Translations under genes and position numbers: made by a program
Notes under the pieces: model-generated
What the model was told of the DNA's origin: nothing
The model's database searches: none
Seen by the model: the letters and a program-made list of their open reading frames with translations, nothing else
Assembly (NCBI GenBank): GCA_964550125.1
Contig: CAZJWC010000006.1
Location: 6,450-70,449, forward strand
DNA from: an uncultured Clostridia bacterium
Lineage (GTDB): Bacteria > Bacillota > Clostridia > Christensenellales > Borkfalkiaceae
Reading direction: 5' to 3'
DNA: 64,000 nucleotides
Shown: positions 9,194-17,162 of the stretch, piece by piece
How the letters are laid out: the number at the start of each line of letters is the position of its first letter
Numbering within the stretch: position 1 is the stretch's first letter

Positions 9194-9273
9194 AAATGTA
9201 ATGGACAGTACATTTACAAAACGTACTGTCCAAAAACAATATATGATAAGGGGGAAAATGATGAGCTTTTTAA
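9194..9273. repeat. copy 2 of tandemly duplicated hairpin + SD + mini-ORF element
   Basis: Offset of 221 nt from copy 1. Hairpin 9203-9231 with a perfect 9-bp stem, and a 3' part identical to copy 1. Mini-ORF 9258-9284 encodes MMSFLIQT. Confidence 0.8.
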
Positions 9274-9433
9274 TACAAACTTGAAACGATTTGCCTCGCC
9301 TCTTGTTTGTGGTTATATAATACAATATCTAAAAAAATATGTCCACAAATTTTTAAAAAAATAAAAAAAATTTTTATTTTTATGTTTATTTACATATTTT
9401 GAAAATTTGTAACAATTTTATTGACTTTTTATA

Positions 9434-9946
9434 TTATATAAACCGACACAAAAAACAACCAAGAGTTGTTGCAAAAAGGCTACAAAGCAAAGCGACAAGA
9501 ATAGGCACAAAAAGTTTTTTCTCCTTCACGGTGGAAAAATAAACGGCTGAAACATAAAAAATAGTTTCGGACGCGCCGTAACATATACAAGCACATCTTG
9601 CTATATAACTATCTGCTCCATAAACCGAAAAAACTTCTACTAAAAGAGCAGTTGAACCACTTCCTGAAAAAGGTTTGAGTATTACAAGTTTAACAATTTC
9701 TTTAGGTATACCTAAAAATGAGCAAGCTGGAGTTAAAAAGGTAATCATCTTGCTAGACAATCCACTAACTTCAAAAAGTTCCATCATAAGCATAATGGTA
9801 GCGATAAATGGAAAAATTGAAAAAACCAAGGGAATTGCACCCTTTACTCCCTCTGCAAAAGAATCATACACCTTTACCTTTTTCCCTTTTGCAATTATAA
9901 AAACGATAATAAAAATGCAAGGAATTAAATAGACAGTTAACCACAT
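9434..9946 (-). CDS. nucleoside-recognition-domain membrane protein (SpmB-like)
   Basis: 170-aa polytopic membrane protein, paired with and overlapping the SpmA-like gene by 10 nt. Confidence 0.7.
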   Translation of the reverse strand: MWLTVYLIPCIFIIVFIIAKGKKVKVYDSFAEGVKGAIPLVFSIFPFIATIMLMMELFEVSGLSSKMITFLTPACSFLGIPKEIVKLVILKPFSGSGSTALLVEVFSVYGADSYIARCACICYGASETIFYVSAVYFSTVKEKKLFVPILVALLCSLFATTLGCFLCRFI

Positions 9947-10524
9947 TTTTTTATTTTATAGTATCCTTTTAAAATTAAAACTCCTATTATTGTAGATATG
10001 GCTGTACTTATTAAGATAGGCAAGATAACATCATAGGAGGCTGTTGAACCAAATTCGTTGCGAAGTGCCATAATAGTTGACGGAATAAGTTGCAGGCTTG
10101 TTGAGTTAATAATTAAAAAGATACCTTGCAAATATTCTCTATTTTCAAGTTTATCAAAACGTTCAACTGCTTTAATCCCTAACGGAGTTGCCACTCCACC
10201 AAAACCTAAAAAATTTGCTGAAATATTGCCTGAAATATATTCTAACGCCTCTCTATCATTTGTCTTAAAAAGCCTACGATTGATAGGTTTTAAAAGTTTT
10301 GATAGATTTGCCATTAAACCACAATCTTTCATTATTTGTAACAATCCTAGCCAAATAGTATAACTGATACAAAGAGTAAAAGTTAAATTGAGTGCATTTT
10401 TTGACGCTGAAAGCATAGATGATAAAAAAATATTGGGATTGGCAATAGTGATAATTATAGTCGAAAGCAAAAATATAATAAAAAAAACTGAATTCATAAC
10501 TTTATATAATTTATGAACAAACAA
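9937..10524 (-). CDS. nucleoside-recognition-domain membrane protein (SpmA-like)
   Basis: Motif NISANFLGFGGVATPLGIKAV is typical of SpmA/nucleoside transporter gate domains. Start is ambiguous: TTG at 10524 or ATG at 10497. Confidence 0.7.
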   Translation of the reverse strand: MFVHKLYKVMNSVFFIIFLLSTIIITIANPNIFLSSMLSASKNALNLTFTLCISYTIWLGLLQIMKDCGLMANLSKLLKPINRRLFKTNDREALEYISGNISANFLGFGGVATPLGIKAVERFDKLENREYLQGIFLIINSTSLQLIPSTIMALRNEFGSTASYDVILPILISTAISTIIGVLILKGYYKIKKCG

Positions 10525-10548
10525 AAGAGAATATACTTTGATAAATAT

Positions 10549-10577
10549 TTTACAAATTTTCTTAAATGGGTTATAAT
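10549..10577 (+). promoter_or_regulatory. sigma-A type promoter for metG operon
   Basis: TTTACA (10549-10554), 17 nt, TATAAT (10572-10577). AGGAG lies 10 nt before the ATG. Confidence 0.6.
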
Positions 10578-10616
10578 GAAAAAGAATTTAAGTAACTCAT
10601 AGGAGTAATAGAAAAA

Positions 10617-12569
10617 ATGGAAAAGCAAAAATATTATTTAACTTCATCTCTACCCTACGCCTCTGGCAAACAACATATAGGAAATATGTATGAAATGGTC
10701 GTTGCCGATAGTTTAGCCAGATACAAAAAAACGCAAGGCTACGATGTATTTTTTCAAACGGGAACAGATGAACACGGCGAAAAAATTGAGTTAAAAGCAA
10801 AAGCCGAGGGAATTACTCCTAAACAATTTACAGACAGAACCTCAAGCACTTTTAAAGCACTACAAGAAAACTTAAATGTAAAGTACGACAATTTTATTCG
10901 TACTACTGACGAGCATCACAAAAAACAAGTGCAAAAGATTTTTGATAAATTAGTTGCACAAGGAGATATATATAAAGGCAACTACGAGGGTATGTACTGT
11001 ACTCCTTGCGAAAGTTTTTGGACAAGTTCACAATTAGTTGACGGAAAATGCCCTGACTGTGGTAGAGATTGTCAACCTAAAAAGGAAGAAGCGTATTTCT
11101 TTAAAATGAGCAACTACGCCGACAAACTTTTAAAACATATTGAAGAAAATCCTGATTTTGTAACTCCTAGAAGCACTGCACAAGAGATGATTAACAACTT
11201 TATCAAACCAGGTTTGAGAGATTTGTGCGTTTCAAGAACTACAATAAACTGGGGTATACCTGTAAATAGCGATCCTAAACACGTAGTTTATGTTTGGCTT
11301 GATGCTTTAACAAACTACATTACAGGACTTGGCTATGATTTGGACGGCAATAACGCTGAAAACTTTAAAAAATACTGGCCCTGCGATGTTCATATTGTTG
11401 GAAAGGACATTGCAAGATTCCATATTATCTACTGGCCTATATTTGTTATGGCATTAGGCTTGCCCTTACCTAAAAAGATATTTTCACATCCTTGGCTTTT
11501 ACAAGACGGCTTAAAAATGAGTAAATCCAAAGGCAACATTATATATTCGGACGACCTTGTAAATGTTTTAGGTGTTGACGCTGTAAGATACTATCTACTT
11601 GCTGAAATGCCCTTTGATAATGACGGAAACATTACTTGGGAGAGTATAATCAATAAAACGAACTCCGACCTCGTAAACGTATATGGCAACCTTGTATCAC
11701 GCACCATTTCAATGGCAAACAAATATTTTGATGGCGTACTTGAAAACAAAAATGTATGCGAACCTGTTGATGATGAATTGAAAAACATTATCGCTAGTGC
11801 ATATAAAAAACTTAACGGAAGGATAGAAGAATTTAGATTTGCAGATGCAATGGGAGAGATTTTTGCAATTTTCCGTAGAGCAAATAAGTATGTAGATGAA
11901 ACTTGTCCTTGGGTGCTAGCCAAAGATGAAGGAAAAAAAGACAGACTTTCAACCGTTTTATACAATTTAGCACAAGCAATAGTTGCAGGAACTTCGTTAT
12001 TGGCGCCTTTCTTGCCTGACGCTTGTGAGAAAATTTTAAAGCAAATGAACTGCAATGCAGTTGAATTTGAAAATATTGAAAAACTAGACCTTATTCCAAA
12101 CGGAACTAAGGTTACTTCAAAACATGAGTTTTTATTTAATAGACTTGATAATGACGAAATTATGAATAAAGTTTTGGCAATGTATGAAGAAAGAAAAGCA
12201 AAGGAGGAAAAAGTGGAAAAAGTAGAAGAAATTAAAACAGTAGAACAAATAAGTATTGACGATTTTGCAAAAATACAACTCAAGGTGGCACTTGTAACTG
12301 CTTGCGAAAAAGTTGAAAAATCAGATAAACTTTTAAAACTTACCTTAAAACTAGGCAATGAAACAAGAACTGTTGTAAGTGGCATTGCAAAAGCGTACTC
12401 CCCTGAAGAAATGGTAGGCAAGAGAGTGGTTTTGCTTGCTAATCTTAAACCTGCTAAACTTCGTGGAATTATGAGTGAAGGCATGATTTTATGTGCTGAA
12501 AATGAAGAAGGCAAACTTGCACTTTTAACTCCCGATAAAGATATTGAAGACGGAAGTTGTATTTTTTAA
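10617..12569 (+). CDS. metG: methionine--tRNA ligase with C-terminal tRNA-binding domain
   Basis: HIGH-type motif ASGKQHIGN, KMSKS motif, zinc knuckles CTPCESFW/CPDCG, and a C-terminal EMAP-like domain (LKVALVTACEKVEKSDKLLKLTL). Confidence 0.97.
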   Translation: MEKQKYYLTSSLPYASGKQHIGNMYEMVVADSLARYKKTQGYDVFFQTGTDEHGEKIELKAKAEGITPKQFTDRTSSTFKALQENLNVKYDNFIRTTDEHHKKQVQKIFDKLVAQGDIYKGNYEGMYCTPCESFWTSSQLVDGKCPDCGRDCQPKKEEAYFFKMSNYADKLLKHIEENPDFVTPRSTAQEMINNFIKPGLRDLCVSRTTINWGIPVNSDPKHVVYVWLDALTNYITGLGYDLDGNNAENFKKYWPCDVHIVGKDIARFHIIYWPIFVMALGLPLPKKIFSHPWLLQDGLKMSKSKGNIIYSDDLVNVLGVDAVRYYLLAEMPFDNDGNITWESIINKTNSDLVNVYGNLVSRTISMANKYFDGVLENKNVCEPVDDELKNIIASAYKKLNGRIEEFRFADAMGEIFAIFRRANKYVDETCPWVLAKDEGKKDRLSTVLYNLAQAIVAGTSLLAPFLPDACEKILKQMNCNAVEFENIEKLDLIPNGTKVTSKHEFLFNRLDNDEIMNKVLAMYEERKAKEEKVEKVEEIKTVEQISIDDFAKIQLKVALVTACEKVEKSDKLLKLTLKLGNETRTVVSGIAKAYSPEEMVGKRVVLLANLKPAKLRGIMSEGMILCAENEEGKLALLTPDKDIEDGSCIF

Positions 12570-12571
12570 AG

Positions 12572-13342
12572 ATGTATATTGATACGCACGCCCACCTAAC
12601 TTATGACAGTTACGATTTAAAAAAAGTAACTGATGAATATGAGATAAATGGTGTTAAAAAAATTATAAACGCAGGCTACGACTTAGACTCGTCATTGTGG
12701 GGTGAAAGGCTAGCAAATGAATACGAGAGTATTTACTTTGCAGTTGGTGTACACCCTGCTGACAGCAAACAAGTAGATGAAAAGAATATTGATATTTTTA
12801 AAAAACTTTCAACTCACAAAAAGTGTGTGGCAATAGGTGAAATAGGACTTGATTATCACTATGACAATACTGATAAGATAGACCAAAAGAGAGCGTTTAT
12901 AAGACAAATTGAACTTGCTAATGAGTTGCAACTGCCTATAATTATTCACTCACGAGATGATGTTGAAGATATGCAAGAGATTTTAAAGGCAAATAGAAAT
13001 TTACTTTTGAACGGTGGTGTTATGCACTGCTATTCGCACAGCAAAGAGTGTATGAAAACCTTTTTAGATTTAGGTTTGTATATTTCATTTGCAGGACCTA
13101 TAACCTTTAAAAATGCCAAAAAAGAAGATGTTATTTCATATACTCCTGACGACAGGATATTGGCTGAAACGGATTGCCCGTATTTAACCCCCGAACCTTT
13201 TAGGGGAAAACAAAATGAACCTAAAAATGTAGTTTACGTTACTAAAAAAATAGCACAAGTAAAAAATAAGAGCACAGAAGAAATGAAAAAAATCATTTGG
13301 AAAAACGCTCACACTTTATTTAAAAAATTAAATGGTGATTAA
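12572..13342 (+). CDS. TatD family metal-dependent hydrolase
   Basis: MYIDTHAHL N-terminus, IGEIGLDYHY, PIIIHSRD and ETDCPYL motifs. ATG lies 3 nt after the metG stop. Confidence 0.93.
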   Translation: MYIDTHAHLTYDSYDLKKVTDEYEINGVKKIINAGYDLDSSLWGERLANEYESIYFAVGVHPADSKQVDEKNIDIFKKLSTHKKCVAIGEIGLDYHYDNTDKIDQKRAFIRQIELANELQLPIIIHSRDDVEDMQEILKANRNLLLNGGVMHCYSHSKECMKTFLDLGLYISFAGPITFKNAKKEDVISYTPDDRILAETDCPYLTPEPFRGKQNEPKNVVYVTKKIAQVKNKSTEEMKKIIWKNAHTLFKKLNGD

Positions 13343-13344
13343 AA

Positions 13345-13944
13345 GTGAATACTTACTCATATCAAATTGACAACAATTTATATTTAAACATTACAAACAA
13401 CTGTTCAAATGACTGTACATTTTGCGTTAGAAATGAAAAAGCAAGTTACTACGGCAACTACTTATGGTTAGATAAAGAACCTACAGTTGAGGAAGTTATA
13501 TCAACCATTGACGACATAAAAAAATATGACGAGATAGTTTTTTGTGGATTCGGCGAACCGACCTATAGAATTTATGAGGTTATAACGATTGCCGATGAAC
13601 TAAAAAAATTGGGAGCAAAGCATATCCGTCTTAACACAAATGGACACGCTAATTTAATAAATGGTTACAATGTAGTGCCTCAACTAAAACTAAAAATTGA
13701 TGAAATAAATATTAGTATGAACGCATCTTCAAAAGAGTTTTACAACAAACTATGCAGACCTATCAATAAGGAAAAGGCTTTTGAAAGTATGCTTGACTTT
13801 GGTAGATGTTGCGTTGCTGAAAAGATGAACGCACACTTTTCAATAGTTGACTGCATAGGCAATGAGGAAATTGAAAGGTGTAAAAATCTTGCAAAAGAGG
13901 TAGGATTACCTTTAAGAATTAGAGAATTTATACAAGACAGTTAA
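13345..13944 (+). CDS. TatD-associated radical SAM protein
   Basis: CSNDCTFCVRN (CxxxCxxC). 199 aa, GTG start with GGTGA upstream. Sits between tatD and rsmA. Confidence 0.8.
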   Translation: MNTYSYQIDNNLYLNITNNCSNDCTFCVRNEKASYYGNYLWLDKEPTVEEVISTIDDIKKYDEIVFCGFGEPTYRIYEVITIADELKKLGAKHIRLNTNGHANLINGYNVVPQLKLKIDEINISMNASSKEFYNKLCRPINKEKAFESMLDFGRCCVAEKMNAHFSIVDCIGNEEIERCKNLAKEVGLPLRIREFIQDS

Positions 13945-13945
13945 A

Positions 13946-14776
13946 ATGAACGATTTAAAGAGTATTTTAATAAAACACAACTTTTCTTTTAAAAAACAGT
14001 TTGGTCAAAACTTTATCTCGGACACGAACCTATTAAAAAGCATAGTTGACCTTGCAGAAGTTGGCAAGGACGACACCGTTGTTGAGATAGGTTGTGGTGC
14101 AGGAACGCTTACAAGAGAAATTGCAAAAAAAGTAAAACAAGTTTTCGCTTTTGAGATTGACACAAAACTCCAACCCGTTTTGGCTGAAACTCTTGCAGGC
14201 TTTGACAACATTGAGGTTATTTTTAGAGATTTTTTAAAACAAAAACTTGATGAATTTGAAAAGAATATGCCTCAATATACAGTGATTGCAAACTTGCCTT
14301 ATTACATTACTACACCACTTGTTATGCAACTTGTGGAACACAGCAAAAAAGCAAAATCACTTGTTATAATGGTACAAGAGGAAGTTGCTAATAGATTTTC
14401 AGCAAAAGAGAACACAGCAGACTATGGAGCAATTACTGCTAACATAGCCTTGCGTGGCGTTGCTAAAACGGTAAAGAGGGTAAATAGAAATATGTTTTAC
14501 CCCGTTCCTAATGTTGATAGCGCAATAGTAAAAATTGACTTTGTTGACGGAAGAATAAAAGTTAAAAATGAAAAAACTTATAAAGATGTAGTTCGCTCTG
14601 CCTTTATAAATAGAAGAAAAACTTTTAAAAACAACCTGATGACAAGTTTTAACTTCACCAGAGAACAAGCCGAAGATTTGCTTACAAAGTGTGAAATTGA
14701 CCTTAATGCAAGGGGGGAAACTTTATCCCCTGAAAAATTTGCCCAACTTGCCGATATAATATTAGATAACAATTAA
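13946..14776 (+). CDS. rsmA: 16S rRNA (adenine1518/1519-N6)-dimethyltransferase
   Basis: KKQFGQNFISD, SAM motif VVEIGCGAGTLT, and NLPYYITTP. Confidence 0.95.
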   Translation: MNDLKSILIKHNFSFKKQFGQNFISDTNLLKSIVDLAEVGKDDTVVEIGCGAGTLTREIAKKVKQVFAFEIDTKLQPVLAETLAGFDNIEVIFRDFLKQKLDEFEKNMPQYTVIANLPYYITTPLVMQLVEHSKKAKSLVIMVQEEVANRFSAKENTADYGAITANIALRGVAKTVKRVNRNMFYPVPNVDSAIVKIDFVDGRIKVKNEKTYKDVVRSAFINRRKTFKNNLMTSFNFTREQAEDLLTKCEIDLNARGETLSPEKFAQLADIILDNN

Positions 14777-14782
14777 ATAAAA

Positions 14783-14818
14783 AGCCATAGGCATTTGCCT
14801 ATGGCTTAAATATTTTTT
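14783..14818 (+). terminator. intrinsic terminator of metG-tatD-rsmA operon
   Basis: AGCCATAGGC / GCCTATGGCT 10-bp stem with loop ATTT, then TAAATATTTTTT. Confidence 0.85.
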
Positions 14819-14860
14819 AAATTATAGATACTATTTTCATTTGATACATATCATAAAATG

Positions 14861-14885
14861 AAAAAAGACAACCCACAGTTGTCCT
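14861..14885 (-). terminator. intrinsic terminator (minus strand), no protein gene upstream
   Basis: Minus strand: GACAAC-TGTGG-GTTGTC followed by TTTTTT. Confidence 0.55.
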
Positions 14886-14974
14886 TTCAAAATATTACAT
14901 CAAGCCCTGCACATAACTCACACCATTTAGTTACGCACCAACTTGTCCTTATCGAATTTGTACTCATAGTATAA
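14866..14974 (-). ncRNA. candidate ~110-nt small RNA bounded by promoter and terminator
   Basis: Minus strand: TTCACA (15010-15005), 18 nt, TATAAT (14986-14981). The terminator at 14861-14885 follows ~100 nt later. No credible ORF or RBS inside. Confidence 0.35.
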
Positions 14975-15075
14975 CTTATAATTATAAAAAACACTTGTAG
15001 GTTTTGTGAAAAAATATAAAAAAACTGTGATTGTTTGATATTTTTGTCGAAAATAATTAACAAATTAAAAATTTT

Positions 15076-15109
15076 CAAAAAAGAAGGGACAGTTTACAAC
15101 AAACTGCCC
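15076..15109 (-). terminator. intrinsic terminator (minus strand), no protein gene upstream
   Basis: Minus strand: GGGCAGTTT-GTTGT-AAACTGTCCC (one bulged A) followed by TTCTTTTTTG. Confidence 0.6.
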
Positions 15110-15300
15110 TCGTCTATTTTACTTAATACTCCATTGGATTATAAGTCATTGTTTTTTCCACGGAATACTTTGATGAACAAGTGCTAAAAAATACACACTC
15201 GTCCATCATAGCACCGATATTGTCTAACGTTTGTTTGAGCCACCATTTGCTGAAATTCATTTTTCAGCAAACGTTTGTTTGAGATTGTAAATTTATTTAA
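15110..15300 (-). ncRNA. candidate structured RNA upstream of the 15076-15109 terminator
   Basis: The 13-bp stem 15171-15183/15196-15208 pairs fully only as minus-strand RNA, through two G-U pairs. A 10-bp hairpin at 15246-15271 is flanked by the 14-nt direct repeat AACGTTTGTTTGAG (15226-15239 and 15270-15283). The 5' end is undefined. Confidence 0.3.
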
Positions 15301-15500
15301 AACAACCTGAGTTGTAAAATATAAAAATCTCACCCATATTCTACTTTTAACCCTTTTCCCTAAACAATTTTCCCCGTTACAGAAGCATAATAAAAATTTT
15401 ATTTACTTTTGCTTTTATAGAAACACATAATTTTACAATTTTCTTTATAAAATTTCTGTTTTCATTTTATTTTTACAATTTTCACAATCCTTACACATTT

Positions 15501-15530
15501 AAATGAGAATAAAACGGGTTTTCACCCGTT
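15501..15530 (-). terminator. intrinsic terminator of iscR-nifS-nifU operon
   Basis: Minus strand: AACGGGT-GAAA-ACCCGTT followed by TTATTCTCATTT. Confidence 0.7.
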
Positions 15531-15575
15531 CTATTGAAATCAAAAATATAAAGATACCAACAATTAAAAAATTTT

Positions 15576-15950
15576 TTATTGTGCTTTTTTCTTTGAAAGG
15601 TAGTCGTTAATAGCCTCTTTAATTGCTTGCTCTGCTAAAACTGAACAGTGTATTTTTTGAGGGGGCAAACCACCTAAAACTTCTATAACCTTTTTGTTAG
15701 TAAGTTGCAATGCTTCCTCAATGCTTTTTCCTTTAATCATTTGAGTTGCAGTAGTACTTGTAGCCACTGCTGCTGCACAACCAAAAGTTCTAAACTTGCA
15801 GTCAACGATTATATCGTTTTCTACCTTTATAGTTATCTCCATTATATCGCCACATGCTTCGCTACCGATTTTTCCGTAGCCGTCAGCATTTTCAATAAAA
15901 CCTACATTTTGTGGATTTTGAAAAGCATCCATTACTTTTTCATTATACAT
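15576..15950 (-). CDS. nifU: Fe-S cluster assembly scaffold protein (NifU/IscU N-terminal type)
   Basis: Motifs GSEACGDIM, FRTFGCAAAVATSS-like and KIHCSVLAEQA supply the three conserved Cys. Confidence 0.93.
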   Translation of the reverse strand: MYNEKVMDAFQNPQNVGFIENADGYGKIGSEACGDIMEITIKVENDIIVDCKFRTFGCAAAVATSTTATQMIKGKSIEEALQLTNKKVIEVLGGLPPQKIHCSVLAEQAIKEAINDYLSKKKAQ

Positions 15951-15962
15951 ATAAACTCCTTT

Positions 15963-17123
15963 CTACTTGTTATATAGGGGGGACATTGCCCTCAAGTCAG
16001 CAACAATCTTTTTTAGTGTGTCAACAGTATAGTCAACTTCCTCAATAGTGTTGTGTTTGCCAAAAGTGAAACGAATTGAGCCGTGTGCCAACCCCTCAGG
16101 CAAGCCGATTGCCAAAAGCACATGCGAAGGTTCAAGTGTTCCTGACGAACAAGCCGAACCACTAGACACACTAATTCCTGCTAAATCTAGTTTAAATAGT
16201 ATCGATTCGCCCTCAATATATTGAAATGAAATATCAGCGTTTGCGGGCAAACGGTCATATCTATCTCCGTTTAGTTTAACATAGGGAATTTCAGCCATTA
16301 CTCTATCTATAAATCTATCACGAAGGGAAGACACATATTTAGCATTTTCTTCAAGTTTTTCATTTGCAAGTTTTAATGCTTCAGCCATACCCACGATACT
16401 AGGAACATTAGTAGTTCCACCACGCATCGACCTCTCTTGATGCCCACCTGTAATGATTTTGCCAAGTCTTGTCCCAGACTTAACATACAAAACACCACAG
16501 CCCTTTGGACCGTAGAATTTATGAGCAGAAAAACTCAAAAGGGAAACACCAAGTTCTTGAACATTTACCTTAATTGCGCCCGTTGCTTGCACAGCGTCAG
16601 TAAAACAAACAATTCCTCTTTCTTGAGCAATCTTGCTTATCTCTTTAATAGGTTGAATTGTTCCTATCTCGTTATTAGCCATCATAACACCTATAAAAAT
16701 AGTGTCATCACGAATAATACTCTTTAAATATTCCAAGTCAACCTTTCCGTTCTCATCAACCTTTGCAAGCTGAACCTCAAAACCTTCCTTTTCAAGTTCC
16801 TTTGCAGTAGTCAGCATTGCAGGATGTTCAATCTCGCTGATAATTAAATGTTTTCCCTTTAAACTATAAGCATGAGCAACGCCCCTTAAAGCCCAGTTGT
16901 CAGCCTCGGTACCTCCAGAGGTAAAATATATCTCATTAGGTTTAGCACCTAATTGTTTAGCAATTTCATCTCTTGCCTCATCAACAGCCTTTACTGAATT
17001 TCTGCCAAAAACATGTTGAGAGTTAGGATTGCCAAACACTTCAGTAAAATAAGGCATCATTTTTTTAAAAACTTCTTCATCAAGCGGAGTAGTTGCCGCA
17101 TGGTCTAAATATATATTTTTCAT
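15963..17123 (-). CDS. nifS: cysteine desulfurase (NifS type)
   Basis: YLDHAATTP, PLP-lysine region SFSAHKFYGPKG, and active-site loop SSGSACSS. Confidence 0.95.
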   Translation of the reverse strand: MKNIYLDHAATTPLDEEVFKKMMPYFTEVFGNPNSQHVFGRNSVKAVDEARDEIAKQLGAKPNEIYFTSGGTEADNWALRGVAHAYSLKGKHLIISEIEHPAMLTTAKELEKEGFEVQLAKVDENGKVDLEYLKSIIRDDTIFIGVMMANNEIGTIQPIKEISKIAQERGIVCFTDAVQATGAIKVNVQELGVSLLSFSAHKFYGPKGCGVLYVKSGTRLGKIITGGHQERSMRGGTTNVPSIVGMAEALKLANEKLEENAKYVSSLRDRFIDRVMAEIPYVKLNGDRYDRLPANADISFQYIEGESILFKLDLAGISVSSGSACSSGTLEPSHVLLAIGLPEGLAHGSIRFTFGKHNTIEEVDYTVDTLKKIVADLRAMSPLYNK

Positions 17124-17162
17124 ATAAAACCTTCTTAAAGAAAATTGATTACTTTTTTAATT

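Noticed and set aside
8973-9273. Possible CRISPR array
   Set aside because: There are only two copies, the unit is ~80 nt with a 221-nt period, and no cas genes are present. The repeat contains an SD and start codons. It is not CRISPR-like.
10525-10616. T-box leader upstream of metG (and upstream of gltX at 51088-51102)
   Set aside because: The upstream spacers are only ~90 nt and 15 nt. That is too short for a T-box riboswitch, and no T-box consensus or terminator/antiterminator pair is visible.
11591-12514. 307-aa ORF antisense to metG
   Set aside because: It lies entirely inside the well-supported metG frame on the opposite strand. The predicted protein is Ser/Leu/Phe-rich and low in complexity, with no RBS. 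This is a typical shadow ORF in an AT-rich gene.
14887-15078. 63-aa ORF in the long intergenic region
   Set aside because: It has no RBS, starts upstream of the predicted sRNA promoter, and encodes a low-complexity Ile/Phe-rich peptide. The region is better explained as non-coding RNA and regulatory DNA.
15226-15283. Small insertion element or MITE, suggested by the 14-nt direct repeats flanking a hairpin
   Set aside because: The enclosed segment is only 30 nt, with no terminal inverted repeats beyond the hairpin itself and no other copies seen in the window. It is kept as part of the structured-RNA candidate instead.
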